A DNA stretch of 61,515 nucleotides, filler included, from Choristocarpus tenellus KU-1152 (Eukaryota; Protista; Phaeophyceae), in the NCBI GenBank assembly GCA_964200185.2. It is 10 parts of 10 records of this genome, joined end to end, with 100 filler letters (N's around TTAATTAATTAA, not from the genome) between each part and the next. Parts side by side here need not be neighbours in the genome. Positions count along the whole stretch, not along the records: positions 35,440 to 40,795 come from CAXNAD020011052.1; positions 40,896 to 50,655 come from CAXNAD020003418.1; 8 more parts are not named here. One strand, written 5' to 3'. Below, one piece after another: positions 37,539-50,561 of the stretch (position 1 is the stretch's first letter; each line of letters begins with the position of its first letter). Made by a program: the position numbers and the translations under genes. The notes beneath the pieces are model-generated. The model was not told where the DNA came from. It worked only from the letters and a program-made list of their open reading frames with translations, and made no database searches.

Positions 37539-40252
37539 ACATCCCGAGCATGATGCACTGTTGTCCACTGCTCCCAAACTTGTGTCTTGGGTTGGACTTG
37601 TAGTATCCAGGGGTGCCGAAAGCTGGTACGCCCACCAGAGATCCAACCTCTCCATATAGTTCGCGATAAGGTGGGATCCCCTTCATGTATTGTAGGGACC
37701 TGACTAGGTATCAGTTGATATATCATATATGGTACATCTGATACGCTGTAAATCCCACATGGTAGTCTGCACCTGTTTCACCCCACAAGTTCAGTCAGTG
37801 GAATCGAGACCATGAGCCACTTGCAACATTAATACTGAATATCTACACCAAGCCATTTATTGTCCTCTATCAAGGCACACAGCCTCGGGTCCAGTGTGGA
37901 ATATTCTAACAGTTCCAGCCTTTGAACTTCAGCTTTATACATTGATCCCACTCGAAAATAAGTGAAAGACCCTCCTCCTCAGGTATGTAGTAGGAACCAC
38001 TGGTCCCCTTGTTGGTGACTCCCTCAACCTTACAAGCAGAGCGTTAGGATAGGGGGTTGAATACTAACTTGGGGATAAGAGCGACAGACGCTAGAGTAAC
38101 ATGTACCCACTCATCATGGCCAACATTGAAGTTAAGGTCGAGCATACCATGTCCCATAATGAATGATGATATGTCATCGGCCACTGTCATTTTGCGGCCT
38201 TCTGGGTATGGTGTGTAGTTGTACATGTTGATCGGGTCGTTAGTCACATTGTTCGATACCCCCAAATCAAAGTACCTCTCTAAACCAGACGCACTCACTT
38301 TGTCATGGTCGGCCACAGCAGCTAATGTGGTCTTAGATCTCCTTCCTTATCTGTTTTTCTTTGCTGGTGCCAACCCCGGCCCAGTTAATTCATCCGCCTC
38401 ATTAGGTGGCATCACCCTCCACTGACAACAAACAGACTGCAGGTGTCCTTTACTCCCACAGTTGTAGCGCAGTCCTAAAAGTGCAAGGATCGGAATGCTT
38501 GATCAACCAACACTTGAAACATTTTCTTGTGTCTTGATCTCACCCCTGCCATGGGATCCTGTCGTGCCAGGGTATGTGCGGTGACAATTCGTATAGTGCC
38601 CACCACCTCGGTTGACTTCCAGTAACTTCTTCCACAGAGGCACAGTCCTAGCGGCCAGAGTACCCTTCTCTCTAAGCACCAATTATGGTTCTCCTCACCT
38701 TTCTTGTGCAACTTCAAAAAATTGTAGAACTATCAGGACATGAAAATTCACCCCCCAATTTTCACAGGGACACCCAACTACGGACAATTGGCGAGATTAC
38801 CAACCTACATGCACTGCACAAATGTTTTTTTTCAGTAACTCAGGAAAGGGAGCATAGGAAGTAGCTGAAGCTCATTCACTCTTGTACCCCACCTGTAGGG
38901 AACATCGTTTCTCCTGGCTTTGATCAAGCTATGGTTAAACAGTGTTAGTGATTATGGTGGATACAAGAGTGCTTTTGCTTCACACTTGCATCCTCCCCTG
39001 TCCTCGGTAACAACTTATGAACTAAACACGGAGGTGTCTCCCCTACTTACAATCAGCTGAACCAATGATTCATGTATTGAGTGTCGAACTTCTTTTGGAG
39101 TCTCGCTTCCCACTTACTGCAGTCAACCTACACACTCTACAACTGTGGAAGATCGTTAAGTTCAGCGACCTTGCATAATCAGCAACACGTACGTACGACG
39201 ATGAATACTACATCGTAACTACTTAGGGAACTTCAACATACCCTCACTGAACAGCCTCTCGGCAAAATCGAGGATGGAGCATTTCATGGAGGATGAGTTT
39301 GACCCAAAAATGGTGCGTGGAAAGTGCCCGTAAGGTTTTTTTGTAAATGTTGCGGCACTTTTTAAGGACCCCTTTTTGAATGGGAATCCGTGCCGAAGGT
39401 GGTAGTAGGACAGTGTGTGGGGGGCGGCAGTGATTTCGTTTGATCGTCGTGCACATGTATGCCCTGCGTTGGATTGCTGCTTGAATAATTAGTGGGGTCG
39501 GTGGAGTCGTTTGACTGTCGATGGTGGAGGTGGTAGAAAAAAATAGTACGATGTAGTTTCTTTCATGGCGGCGTTTCATCGTCATTATGGATGGTTGACT
39601 GACAAGAAGAGAAAAAGTGTTATTTCCCCGTATTATTAAATTGTTTATCAAATATTGCTATCGTCCCCAAGTAGGAGAAGAAGCTAACGCTGAGCGCATA
39701 TAAGTGTTGACATTATATGATGATCGACCTCTTTGTACGAATACGTCAGTCATGCCCGAATTATCGTTTGTTGCGATCTGCCCCCCCTCCCACACCCTGT
39801 CTGATACTCCGATCTGCATTTATCTATTTCTCGGGAAACTTGTTTGACTTGTCACATATCGCAAGAGAACAACAGGGAGAAGAGTGAGAATAAAGCGATA
39901 ACAGGCCAGAGCAATAATATGGCTAAAAGAAAAATCTTCTTTCACATAAAATAAAAAAAACACCAGCTTAATTTGCTGCTCATTCGTTGAATCCCTCCTC
40001 CCCCCGCCACCGCGCGAAACTGTGCACGTCACCTGAAGCAAAATGGGCGCCGACTCTGGTAAGCATATTACCAGGAGTTCAACAGACACACGAACAACTT
40101 GCTTGAACTAACTACTGGACGAACAAGGCATCATCAACAAAAACACTCCCGTATGCTCTGTTTGCCGTTAGTCAATCATTACATTGCCAACGTGTGCGCC
40201 CGCCCGCCTCTCCACCTCCCCCCCCTTCCCGCCCCCCGTCCCGATTATCTTC

Positions 40253-40795
40253 TTACTCCTGTTCGTCATCCCGTTCATCCTCCTCTCTATCATACACTTC
40301 ATCATCCTCTTCTTCCTCTTCATCCTCCTCCGCGTCGCTGACATACTCCGGCCTGTCTTCCATGGCAGAATCACCGGCGCCCCTCCATACCTCGCGACCT
40401 TTCCCCTTTCCACCCGTGCGAGAAGAGGGACACTTGCGCTTTCTAGTGGTCATTGGCGTCAAGTCCGAGTCCGAATCCGTCACTTCAAACCCACGAGAAC
40501 GCACTACCATAAGACCCGGGAGCATGTTGAATGGTGATCTCATGTCATTCTTTGCCCCGGGTTTGTACACCCTCCTGACTACGGGCATGACGAACATCTG
40601 CCCGGGGCCAACCTGGGAGAAGGGGAGTAGGACCTGGTGACAGCTTCCGCTCTGCGGAACTTTTGATGTGAATTCAATGTTGGCGTCGTCTGCCTTCTCG
40701 GTCCAACGCATGTAGTAGAGAGGGCAAGTGGCTGCCACGCGCAAGTAGAGCTCTGCGCGCGGCCCGCACACCTCCATTCCAGGCGAAAGCATGCG
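40253..40795 (-). CDS. Hypothetical protein fragment with acidic tail (5' end lost in the gap); possibly transposon-derived
   Basis: GC- and CpG-rich uninterrupted ORF of about 180 codons ending in an RKRK motif and a D/E tract. No recognised family. Confidence 0.45.
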   Translation of the reverse strand, partial: RMLSPGMEVCGPRAELYLRVAATCPLYYMRWTEKADDANIEFTSKVPQSGSCHQVLLPFSQVGPGQMFVMPVVRRVYKPGAKNDMRSPFNMLPGLMVVRSRGFEVTDSDSDLTPMTTRKRKCPSSRTGGKGKGREVWRGAGDSAMEDRPEYVSDAEEDEEEEEDDEVYDREEDERDDEQE

Positions 40796-40895
40796 NNNNN
40801 NNNNNNNNNNNNNNNNNNNNNNNNNNNNNNNNNNNNNNNTTAATTAATTAANNNNNNNNNNNNNNNNNNNNNNNNNNNNNNNNNNNNNNNNNNNN

Positions 40896-41067
40896 TATCT
40901 GGGGGGGGGGGGGTCTACACCAGGGTATCCATTTGGGCCATGACCAGGAAACGTGCATTTCCATTATTCATCTGATATATGGAACCAAATCACCCAAAAA
41001 TCGCGGCATGAAAAATTTGACTCAAAATGGACAGCCGCCACCCCCCCCTCCCCAGATACTTTGGGCC
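40896..41067 (+). mobile_element. MITE family B, left tip truncated by contig start
   Basis: TATCTGGGGG...GTCTACACCAGGGTATCCATTTG...CCCAGATACTTTGGGCC. Confidence 0.82.
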
Positions 41068-41157
41068 TAACCTTGAACTAGAGTAACATTTTTGAATTCC
41101 CACTCTAGATATCTCTTGGTCTCAAGTCCGGGCAAAGGCTCACAGGTTTTTATCCTG

Positions 41158-42871
41158 CTAAGATGGGTACGAATATTTAGTTTTATAGTTTAAAGTATTT
41201 GACTTCCTCTTCTCCACTTCATAGCCCACCTCCTTGTCACACTTCTTGCAGACTTCAATCTCCACATGCTGTGCATCATTTTTTTGCCATATCCCACTCT
41301 CATCAGATTGGATCCTTGCATCACCACTCGTGCCACCATCAAATTCATGCACATTGCCATCTTCCACCCCCTTTTTTGTGTCATCCCTGTCCTTGGTATC
41401 TCCCACTTGTTCGCCCCTGTCCTCAACTGTCCTTTCTTTTCTATTCTTGATGATGTGTAAGTTACATCTTGACTGGCCTTGTGGAGGGCCTATCAGTGAT
41501 CCTGGAGTCTTTTCTTTAAGAGGGCTGTTGGGCAATTTCTCAGCTATCCAGCAAGATTGTGTACCCCCCGGCCCAGGATCTAGGTTGCCAAGACAGTGGT
41601 CTTGAGAATCCGACAGCCAGACCGTTCGTTTCTGTGAAGTTGAGACGAGAGATGATTATTTTACGGGAGTTCGCTTGTGTGACACGTTGGAGCAGTGCCT
41701 ATTAAAACTGATAGAGATGCCTTATAATGCCTCAAGGAACTTCCGGTCACTTCCCAGGCTAAAACAAAACAGCTGCAATCTGTCATATCTCACCATCAAG
41801 ACAGAAGGTACTGCAAAATAAACCAAGCATGGACTGGCATGTGGACTTGAGTGGACTACGTACTACTATATACTAGAAAGCTTTGGGTGAATGTTTGCAA
41901 TCGTTGAACCCCTGGCAACTCATCTCTTGGTCTCAGTCTGATGAACAAGTACTCACAGCCTTGCTCAATGACCACGGAACCCCCGGTACTCTCTTGGGTT
42001 GCCACCATGAAGGCTTGTCTCCACTCCGTTCAATTGAATGGATACTTCCCTGCAATGAGTGGTAAACCGAACTACAAGATAAAAAAGATTATAGTTCAAT
42101 AGACAAAGCGAGAGGGAAGATTTTGCCCTATACTTCCAAGGTTGAGCATGATTTGGGAAATACATGCTGAAGTGGATTGGGAAAAACTCTCTTTTTAATA
42201 ATGCTGGTGGAAACACCACACTAAGGCGGGTTTCCGCGTAGTCACGACCCCAGGATAATTCTGTTGCCCTCTGAAATAATGACACTGCCAGGGAAAATTA
42301 CTTTGTTCTCAATTTTAAAGAGGGGAAACAACTCAGTAACCTTGGGTGCACCACGCCTTTTCCTTCTCTTTCGGTTGTGGCCAACATTCGTATGACGGTT
42401 CTTGCACCCTGCATATCCTTGATCCTCTTGATCCTCAGTGGTTGTAGCAAGGAGGGAAGATAGGATCTCAGTTGTCTGGCACACCATTGCTTCCAGAACT
42501 TCGACCTGGCTTAGGGAGGATTGGGTACTGTAGTGACGGCAAATGGTTTTTAAACGATCGCTGAAAAAGTATATTGGGGAGGATGTAAATCTGGACCACA
42601 AGAATGTTTCGTGCTTTATCTGTTGGTTAAAAGGGCGCTGCTTAGGGCCTGTCACCAAGAAGAAATATTTTCCCGAGGGGAATTAAGAGGTGAATTTGTG
42701 GGAGGTATTACTGCTAGGTCTTGCTGATTGTGATTGAGCTTGTTAGATACTTCGAAGTACAGTTTTGTACTCCAGTAGAAGAGTTGCCAAACAACCACGC
42801 TCCAGGCGACTTTGACTTACCTCGTTTTCAAGTCGACTGTTTGCATTCCTACTTAGCCTTTGCCATTCCAT
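41158..42871 (-). CDS. Unknown spliced gene, divergent from the MAP10-like gene
   Basis: Candidate exons: 42871-42821 (MEWQRLSRNANSRLENE, GTAAGT donor), 42049-41957 (GSIHSIERSGDKPSWWQPKRVPGVPWSLSKA, clean AG and GTGAGT) and 41631-41158 (158 codons to stop). The middle exons are unresolved. Confidence 0.4.
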
Positions 42872-43110
42872 CGTTGTGTGTACGTCTTAACTCTCTTTGT
42901 TTTCAGTGGTGAGATGTCGAAGTCGATAAATACCCATATAATCGTAGTACATCCTACCACGATCTTTTTGTTTGCCATCACCTATTTTATGATGGGAATT
43001 CTCATTGGTTGGTTGTAGGTGGTGAAACCAACAGCGATATGAACTCCTATATCCACAAACTTGACAAGGCACTTCACCTGGATATCACACGATCCCGCCT
43101 TCCAGGACCC

Positions 43111-46100
43111 ATGACTCCACCTTTGGGGGAAGCCTTCTTCTGCCTTGAAGTAGGTTCCTTTACTGACTCTTGGACGTTGAGGCACGTTGTGAGAAATTAG
43201 AATGATTGGTTATCTAAATGACAAGGTCTACGAGATAGATGGCGCATGGAAATGCCTCGACCCTCTATTATCATAGATCATAGTCACTGTCGAATGTTGT
43301 ACTGTAGATGGTAGGCACTTCTGCCTTTACATCCTGGTTGAAGGCATTCTCTACCTGTGCAAAATGTGCTCAACCAGGCCTTTATTGGGGACTTGAGCAC
43401 GATATTTTTTTCGACGGACGACTTGCCTTTCTTGGCACTTTCCCTTCTTGACTTCGAGCCGATCTTGGTCGAGCCCCGTACATGTGCTGGTGGAGAGGGT
43501 GTCGACATTCACTCCCCCTCCTGCTCCGCCAACCAAGGCGATGAGAGGGTCGAAAATCACCTGGAGAGATTTCCATTCCAGCGAGGAAAGTCATGTGTGT
43601 TTTCAGCTCACCCAGGTGAACTGGCTTGTGCAGTCAGAGGTGGATCGCTCTCGCTTATGGTTTTGTCTCGACGTTCAAAGCTCCAGGTGATGTCAAAGCG
43701 CAAAGGTTGGCAATGTAAGCAAAAAACGGGGAGAGAACACGAGTTCGGGCTACTCTTTTTATGGTTGTAGTCAAGAGTTAACAGTCTTTAGCCGCAAATC
43801 TCCAGCTTAGTTCTGCAGTGCCACAGCAGAGTTCAGGAAGATTACTTGACAGATAACTCAGGCCAGAAAAAGTTAAGGATCCTCTCATTTTCCATGTGCT
43901 ACACCAATGCAATGTAAATGTGCTTGACTTGATACATAGACCATCTAAGGGTTTCAGTTGAATACTAAGATGTAAAGGCTCAATCGCTCTCAACCAAAAA
44001 AAAGCTATTACTCCGCGATCATTTGATACAACCGTAGTTGATAGTTCCCTTGTCTTATTCCCCCGATCCCACCCTTGCCCAACAAGGCACGTCTGCATGG
44101 TACATGCAAAATTGATATTTCGTCATTCAGTCCCCAACCCCAACTCTCCTCAAGGCCCTTAAATCTGGTATCACAATGGGGTCACACATCCCGCAGGTGA
44201 GATGTGAACTAAGACCGTCCTGTTTCCCACAAATGCCGGTTAGGTTCTTCTTTACCTGGATTACTCTTGTGAATCTTTTGTCTTTAACAACATCATAGTT
44301 GCCCACTGAAGTTAGTTTTTGGTAAAAATATTCCCTCTGTTACTATATCCCAGCACCCTGTCTGAAGTTGTTTCAATACAATATTCATTGATACTTCTTT
44401 CTGCAGGGTGACTGTCTGTAATCCCCAGGGGCTGGTTGTTGCTAAGGTGGAAGTATCTGTTTCACTAGCTTGTTTGGGCAGGGGTCTAAACCTACCCCTG
44501 AGTGCCGAGTCCAAATTCACCGTTGCTGCAGGAGGGTCACTCCAGCCTAATGCCAATTCTACTCCAACCACTCCTAAGACAGGGTCCCGACTTCGAGGGA
44601 ATGAGCATATTAAAAGGGACGATTCTCACCAGCAGGGGGGCAAGATCACAGTCATGCGTAGTAATCCGCAATGCTTTTTAGAGAGAGAGGAAGTGAAGGT
44701 AGAGGAAGAACTCAGATTTGGCGTGGGTGGACAAAATGACCGTTGCACTATGGTGGAAGAAATATCGATGAATTTCAACCAGGCATCAGCTCCAGAGATT
44801 GAATCAACTACTGGCAATGGGGCACTTATACACGAGTTCGATCCCACGAGCAAGGTCCTTCGAGTGGTTTCAGACCCACAGCAACAAATTGTCCTCCCTG
44901 AGAGGCTCCCAATGTGTGACATTTTTTCTGAACAGGACAATGATAGCAAGTATGGGGATATAACCAACACAAGTATGGGTGACAATGGGGCTAGAGGGCC
45001 CTCAAAATTTTCTGTAGTTGTCCCAAGAACCTCTAGCCCCAGGAAACCAAGCATTGATGAAGACACTCACCAATGTTTTGGTGTTCAGGAACTAGAGGCA
45101 GATGAGGAGGGGCAGATGAACAACATTGAAATTGTCTCAAAACCACTGGTTCAAGATCTGATCCCAGGCTACATAGAAAAGACTCGCAACCTTTCTGAGC
45201 ACTCTCCAGCAGTAACAGCAGACGGTTACGATCTAAGGGAGGAGGAGAAGAGTCGTTTGGGAAGTGAAGACCAGTCGAAGAGGAAGATAAGAGGCAGTAG
45301 TATGGAGTGTGATACAGCAGAGCTGGTGGAACTTGGGATAGGAAAAATTACAGAGGTGATCCCGGCAGGCTTGAAGAACTTTCCAGGTACTATAGTTGGC
45401 ATTTTTCATACTATTGGCCGCTGGCATGAACACGTTGATTCTTCCATGTGCTCGTTTGAGGTCTCTACGGACCACATGCATTGCATTGCTTGGACCTTTC
45501 AATTCATATTGTCAAGTCATTATTTTCCTGATTGACTATCATGAGGTCTATAACACCTTTGTTAGGCTGTTGATGCATCGTGTGTAAGTACTTGTTTTTG
45601 ATGAAGTCTCTTTGGCAGTTGGGTATCATACATTGCAAGGTCATCCAGGCCTCGTATGTACAAGAGAGAGTACAGTAGTCACGCTTTACTATATTAGTAA
45701 TCAGCACAACTGCAGCATCTTTGATCCCCCAAGTATACATAATGACCGAAGTTTAGTGCACAATACTTTAGTTCCTCAGGAGGTGTCTTTACTGCTGTTG
45801 AGTACATCAGTTGCCTTTTCATGACTCTCTTTCTAGCATTATGTCCCTGAGGAGTTCTCATCAGCTTGGGTTCATGGGATGCAATGCACCACCAATCATG
45901 GATGAACACACCCAAGCCCAAATTGCAACATTACAAAAACAAGTATGACACATTGGAGAGTGCCTTTTGATTTTTTGCAGGAAATAATTGCCTGGTCACG
46001 TCCTTACAGTCTGACTACTTGGGGTGCGTCACCCCCACCATAAGGAAAGATCCATGCATCCGTGACCTCATTGAGAAGACAAGGAAGGCTGATGGTATTG

Positions 46101-47897
46101 TCGATGGAGGTTCCGAGCTGTGCATCAATTTTCCAGGAGAACGTAAATCATCAAACACAGCGACCAAGATCACCCAAGCTCAGTACAGAACCAGAGTGTT
46201 CAGAAGACAAGGTATTGTGCATGAATCTTCCAGGCATACAGGCACAAGAAAAAAGCCTGCAAAGTGGGAGATACTGACAGGGAAATGCATGCATGTCCTA
46301 GCAGTATCAATTGTTGATATTGACATTTCCCAGCTTGCGCTTATGTGTCGTTGTTGCTTGTTTGTCACTTAAGCCTATGCATATCCCTCTGTGTATGTCA
46401 AGGCCTGTGACTACGGACATTTTCTCCCCAAGGACCTTTCCTCACCAATTCTTCAAACAATAGAAATAATTCAAAGTACATACACGTGCAGTGGACTCAA
46501 CTTCCCAGTTGCACAGTGCCTCAGATGAACCAAAGCAGAACCAAATGGCTCTTGACCTTGTTCGCTCTTTGTCGAACTAGTCGTTGGTCACCAATAACCG
46601 GAACTAATCCACACCGGTTGCAACCCCTGCAGCAGCCAAAACACAACCAGTGACCGGGACTACCTCCTACACTGAAGTGCCTGCCTTTGAGCGCAATTCC
46701 TCTTCCATGAAACGATGCAAGGATGAAGCCGGCCATAGGGTCAGACGTACACGGTCAGGCGCAAGGGCTGGGAGGAACGACAGGGGGCGGAAGTCCAGCA
46801 GGGCACAGGTGGGAGTAGGGCAAGGAGCTGGGGAAATGGCAGCAAAGGCATGTGGTGTCAAGAAGGCTATGTATGCAAAAAGACAGGAGCGGTCGGGGAG
46901 TGGTCCTTGTCAAAGACAAGGACAAAGGTTTGAGCTAGCCTCAGAGTCAGCGTTTCAGCAGAAGAAGACAAGTCAAGACCAACCAGAAGTTGTAAATGCA
47001 CCTTTGATAGCAGAGGATAGATCTGGGACAATGCCAACAAAGCAACCACATGAGATAGGAGCCCTGACTTCCTTCACAAAAAGAAAATCACATCGATCTC
47101 AACTTCACCATCAGAAAGGTTTGTAGCCTCTACTTTGAGTACAAGTGTAGCCTACAGTAAATGCCATAACTTCTCTCCCTCATTTTGCTGATCAAGGGTT
47201 AATTGAGTGGGAAAGGGTGAACAAGTGTACCATTTGAGTGTTGGTCTACAAACAAGCCTACTTCACTCATTCATGTGACACAGGGTTTTGGGAACACCTT
47301 GCATTTATCCTATCCGGGGCAGACTTGGCCATTTGCCAGTATTTTTACTCAACTGGGGCCTTCCTCTTGAGGGTCGTGACCTGGGCTTGTTTGGCTGTGT
47401 GGTAGAAGATGACAGGTGCAAGTGAATGGTGTGACAAGCAGTATACCTGATTGCTTAGTCTTCAGATCATATTCTAGGACGTCAGGAATGCACCTCTTCA
47501 TTTGTGGCACCTGTTTGGTTGATGTCGAGATGGACAGAGCTGCTTCCAATTGAAGTTGCGCATCAAGTTGCAAGGTTTTCACCGAATTGTGAGAACCCCT
47601 GTGCAGTAGCTTTGGATCTTGCTTCTTACTGCTAGCTGAGGCGAGGTTCATCAAATGACATTTCAGGCAGCAGGGGAAACTTAAAAATCTGTGAACTTTC
47701 CTGGTGATCCAACAGCTATAGGTCTCATGTGACAATCTCTATGCATCAACATCACTGTCTACAGATCTCGTCCTCCTTCAACTCCTCAAAGAAGCTACCT
47801 GGTTGGAGGAAAATAAGGGATTGGAGGCTGGGGAGAGTCTTCTAGGCAAACTCCTGACTGAGATGCTACATCTGCAGGTTGCTGCAAAGGACACCAG
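43111..47897 (+). CDS. MAP10: MAP10-like (microtubule-associated protein 10 N-terminal domain) protein
   Basis: Exons 43111-43149 (EAFFCLE), 43378-43686 (LALSLLDFEPILV...FQRGKSCVF), short exons near 44040-44196 (WGHTSR) and a large exon from 44407 (VTVCNPQGLVVAKVEVSVSLACLG), followed by low-complexity exons. These resemble recalled MAP10 motifs LFSLE, FRLLDFPTLLV, FGRGKSCLF and LTDLG. The 3' exon structure is uncertain. Confidence 0.65.
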
Positions 47898-48174
47898 GTA
47901 CCCATAGGTGCTGATATTTGGGTCTCTTTAAATAGGTTGGAATGTGTGGCATAGGTGGAGGGTCGTATCCTATACTTTAGGGGCTAGAGGTGGTTTGAAA
48001 TGTGGCAAGGAGAATGTACTGATTACATGGTATCATCTGTACAAGAATGACGAAATTCCACTATGGGACATACTGTATGTCAGCACTTAAGGCAGCTCAT
48101 TCACCATCACCGGTGTACCTTACTGGTGAACCAATAGGTACTCTTTCAGCAGAATCGAAATTAACAAGCGATGT

Positions 48175-48431
48175 GAGCCAAAGTGTGTTAGAGGGTATAG
48201 CCGCGTCCATCTCAGGGCCAAAATCCAATGTTGCGATTTTGATGAATTTTGAGTATCGTTTTATTAGGAAGTGTCAATATCCATGTTCCGGACACACCTT
48301 TTTAAATAGTATAGATTTTACCTACTCCTAAGCATTTTGGAGAAGGAAAATGTCATAAAAGAACCCATGGTAAGCCAAGCACCAAATGGACAAATATGAC
48401 AAAATCCGTACCCTCTAAGATACCTTCACTC
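48175..48431 (+). mobile_element. MITE family A
   Basis: GAGCCAAAGTGTGTTAGAGGG...CCCTCTAAGATACCTTCACTC with a perfect ATGT/ATGT TSD. Confidence 0.9.
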
Positions 48432-49294
48432 ATGTGTACATTTATTTCTTGGGGAACTTTACGTGCAAGCATATGGGAGTATGAGTAGCACAGTCTGTGT
48501 TGATATAGGCACAAAAGCATGCGATTAAGGAATCCATAGTGACACAACCGCAGAAATTTCTCATACCCAGGTTCAAAATTGACCTAAGGTATGATTAAGA
48601 TCAAAGCTTTGCGAAGTGATAAATATAGTCACAAGTGTTAACGAACACAGTAAGAGATTACTCTCTCGAAATTTCACCAATAACATATATGTCAAGCCTA
48701 CTGAGTTGAAGCCTAGACGTGCCGTGTGTGCGAAATGATTGTGTGGTTCATAGACCTTTCAACCCCAATCTCTCATTGGAAGAAAAGCAAGTTAGAGCAA
48801 TGCCTGCTTGGTTCCACTAGCTACTTGAAGGGCGGAAAAGAGGAATTTTGCTGAGAGGTTTACCGTATGGCTATTTTACTGGGCACATTAGGGAGAATAA
48901 ATGCACTCCCCTCAGAGGTATTAATCGATTTTTTGCTTGAAGCATTGCTGAGCCCTCCCTTCAATTGGTGGAATACTTGAAAACTCTCTGTGAGATGTGC
49001 TTCAGACACCAACTTTCAAGGAGAGGGGGGGTGTGTCCCTGCTTGAAGTATAGTTTATATCTAATATAAATGAAAGAGTGAAGTTATTGAATTACTGTGG
49101 AGCCATGATCTTTCTCTGTGGACCTTGTAGTCAACATGTAATCAAGTTATCATTCAATGCTCCATAGCAGTGTTCCACATAGCTTTTTTGATCATGCACA
49201 GTGTTACACCTACTGTGCTCTCATATTACGCCTCCGGGATGGTGCCACTCACACCCACAGACACATCCACATTGTTTTAACTTGGGAGAATACA

Positions 49295-49910
49295 CTCCCT
49301 CTGTCCCATAAGTCTGGGCCATTAGTTTGTAGCTCTTTGGAATGACATCTAACTACAAAATGAACCTTTGCGTAGGATTTCTTGGAATAATTTACATTTA
49401 AGAAATTATGTCGCACCTTATTCGACACTGTCAGCCCACTAATCCAGGGCCTCCATGGAGGCCGCTCGGTCTACTTCAACAGATCTAGCCAACCCACCCT
49501 CCTGATGCCTTTTTTTTGTTCTGGTGTGCTCTACCTCAAAATCGTTCCCCCCCAGTGCCCTTAACACCTGATTGTATCTCTCAAACAGACTCTACCACAC
49601 CCTCTCAAGCGTGTCTGTGTTGTATGCATGGTGCGTATAGAACATGCTTAAAACCCCCTCTGCAAGTTCATCAAGAGCGCTGTAATGCTCCACCCAAACC
49701 CTGCTCTTCAGAGACGCAAAAAACTCCTAGTCATTGATGTTGAGATCCAGCGACTGCACTGGCTGCATCACGAGCTTAATGCTCCATCCCTCCTCCATCC
49801 CTGCTGCGTTCAGCTTCTGCACTGTGCCCTTGCCTGCATGCGGAGTTGGGCCATCCTGCTGTATGGAGGCCCCGTTTTAAAACATGGCCTACTCATCTGT
49901 TTTTCCTTGA
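49295..49910 (-). mobile_element. Mariner-like (plant DD39D-type) transposon, 3' half with TIR, decayed
   Basis: Minus strand reads IQQDGPTPH...GWSIKLVMQPVQSLDLNIND*EFFASLK...LDEL...LERVW*SL...GGNDFEVEH, like the plant mariner IQQDNA...QPPNSPDxNxLDLGFF...GGN. The terminus CTCCCTCTGTCCCATAAGTCTG is at 49295. Confidence 0.87.
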
Positions 49911-50561
49911 TACGATACAGTTCCACCAGTCAATACTGACTGTTGATTGGTCTGTTACGCACTGGTCGTTACTCTTACTAGTTAATCATCACCACATCAA
50001 TTACCGTTAGAATACTGCAGTAGAGAACCGCCGCTTTGCATTTTATACACAGGAATAGTATGCGTCACTTAAGTTGCATCACATTTTGATTCAAGTTTGC
50101 TCTTTGGTTTGTTCTTCTTTTCTCTCTCTCTCTCTCTCTTCTTCTTATCAGGAGAAGATGACAGTTGTACGTTAATTGTGATTATTATTTCTTTCTTGAT
50201 TGTCATTAATCCCTCATAATACACCAAGGTCTCTCTACAATAACTATACGAGTTGCATATCTGTATGTAACATAATCAGAGTTAAAACCATCCACAGAAA
50301 CCCTTGCCAGCCAAGGTAACAAGTCTCTCCACAGAGCATGGGCTTCTTTCGTTGAGTATCTCATGAAAGAACACTGAATTCGCATCACATCGTTCTGGAT
50401 TGAGCAACCAAGAATATTGAATTCACATCACATCATTCTTGACTAAGAGATCAATGACCTCAGTTACAACAGAATAAATACACTGGTGCTTGCAGCACCG
50501 TCACATCTATTCACAACAAAGACTAAACATTTTACTCGTTGGTGCTTTGCAACAACATAAT

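Larger units (their letters stand above)
35440..38480 (-). mobile_element. Second, more decayed copia element (gag knuckle-protease-integrase-RT) interrupted by MITEs
   Basis: YNCGSKGH knuckle near 38460, RYFDLGVSNNVTND protease near 38270, GIPPYRELYG integrase tail near 37670, and RLVAKGFQKIEGLDYQDTFAPT plus LVQALYGTNQAS RT at 35840-35570. The domain order is copia-type. Confidence 0.75.
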
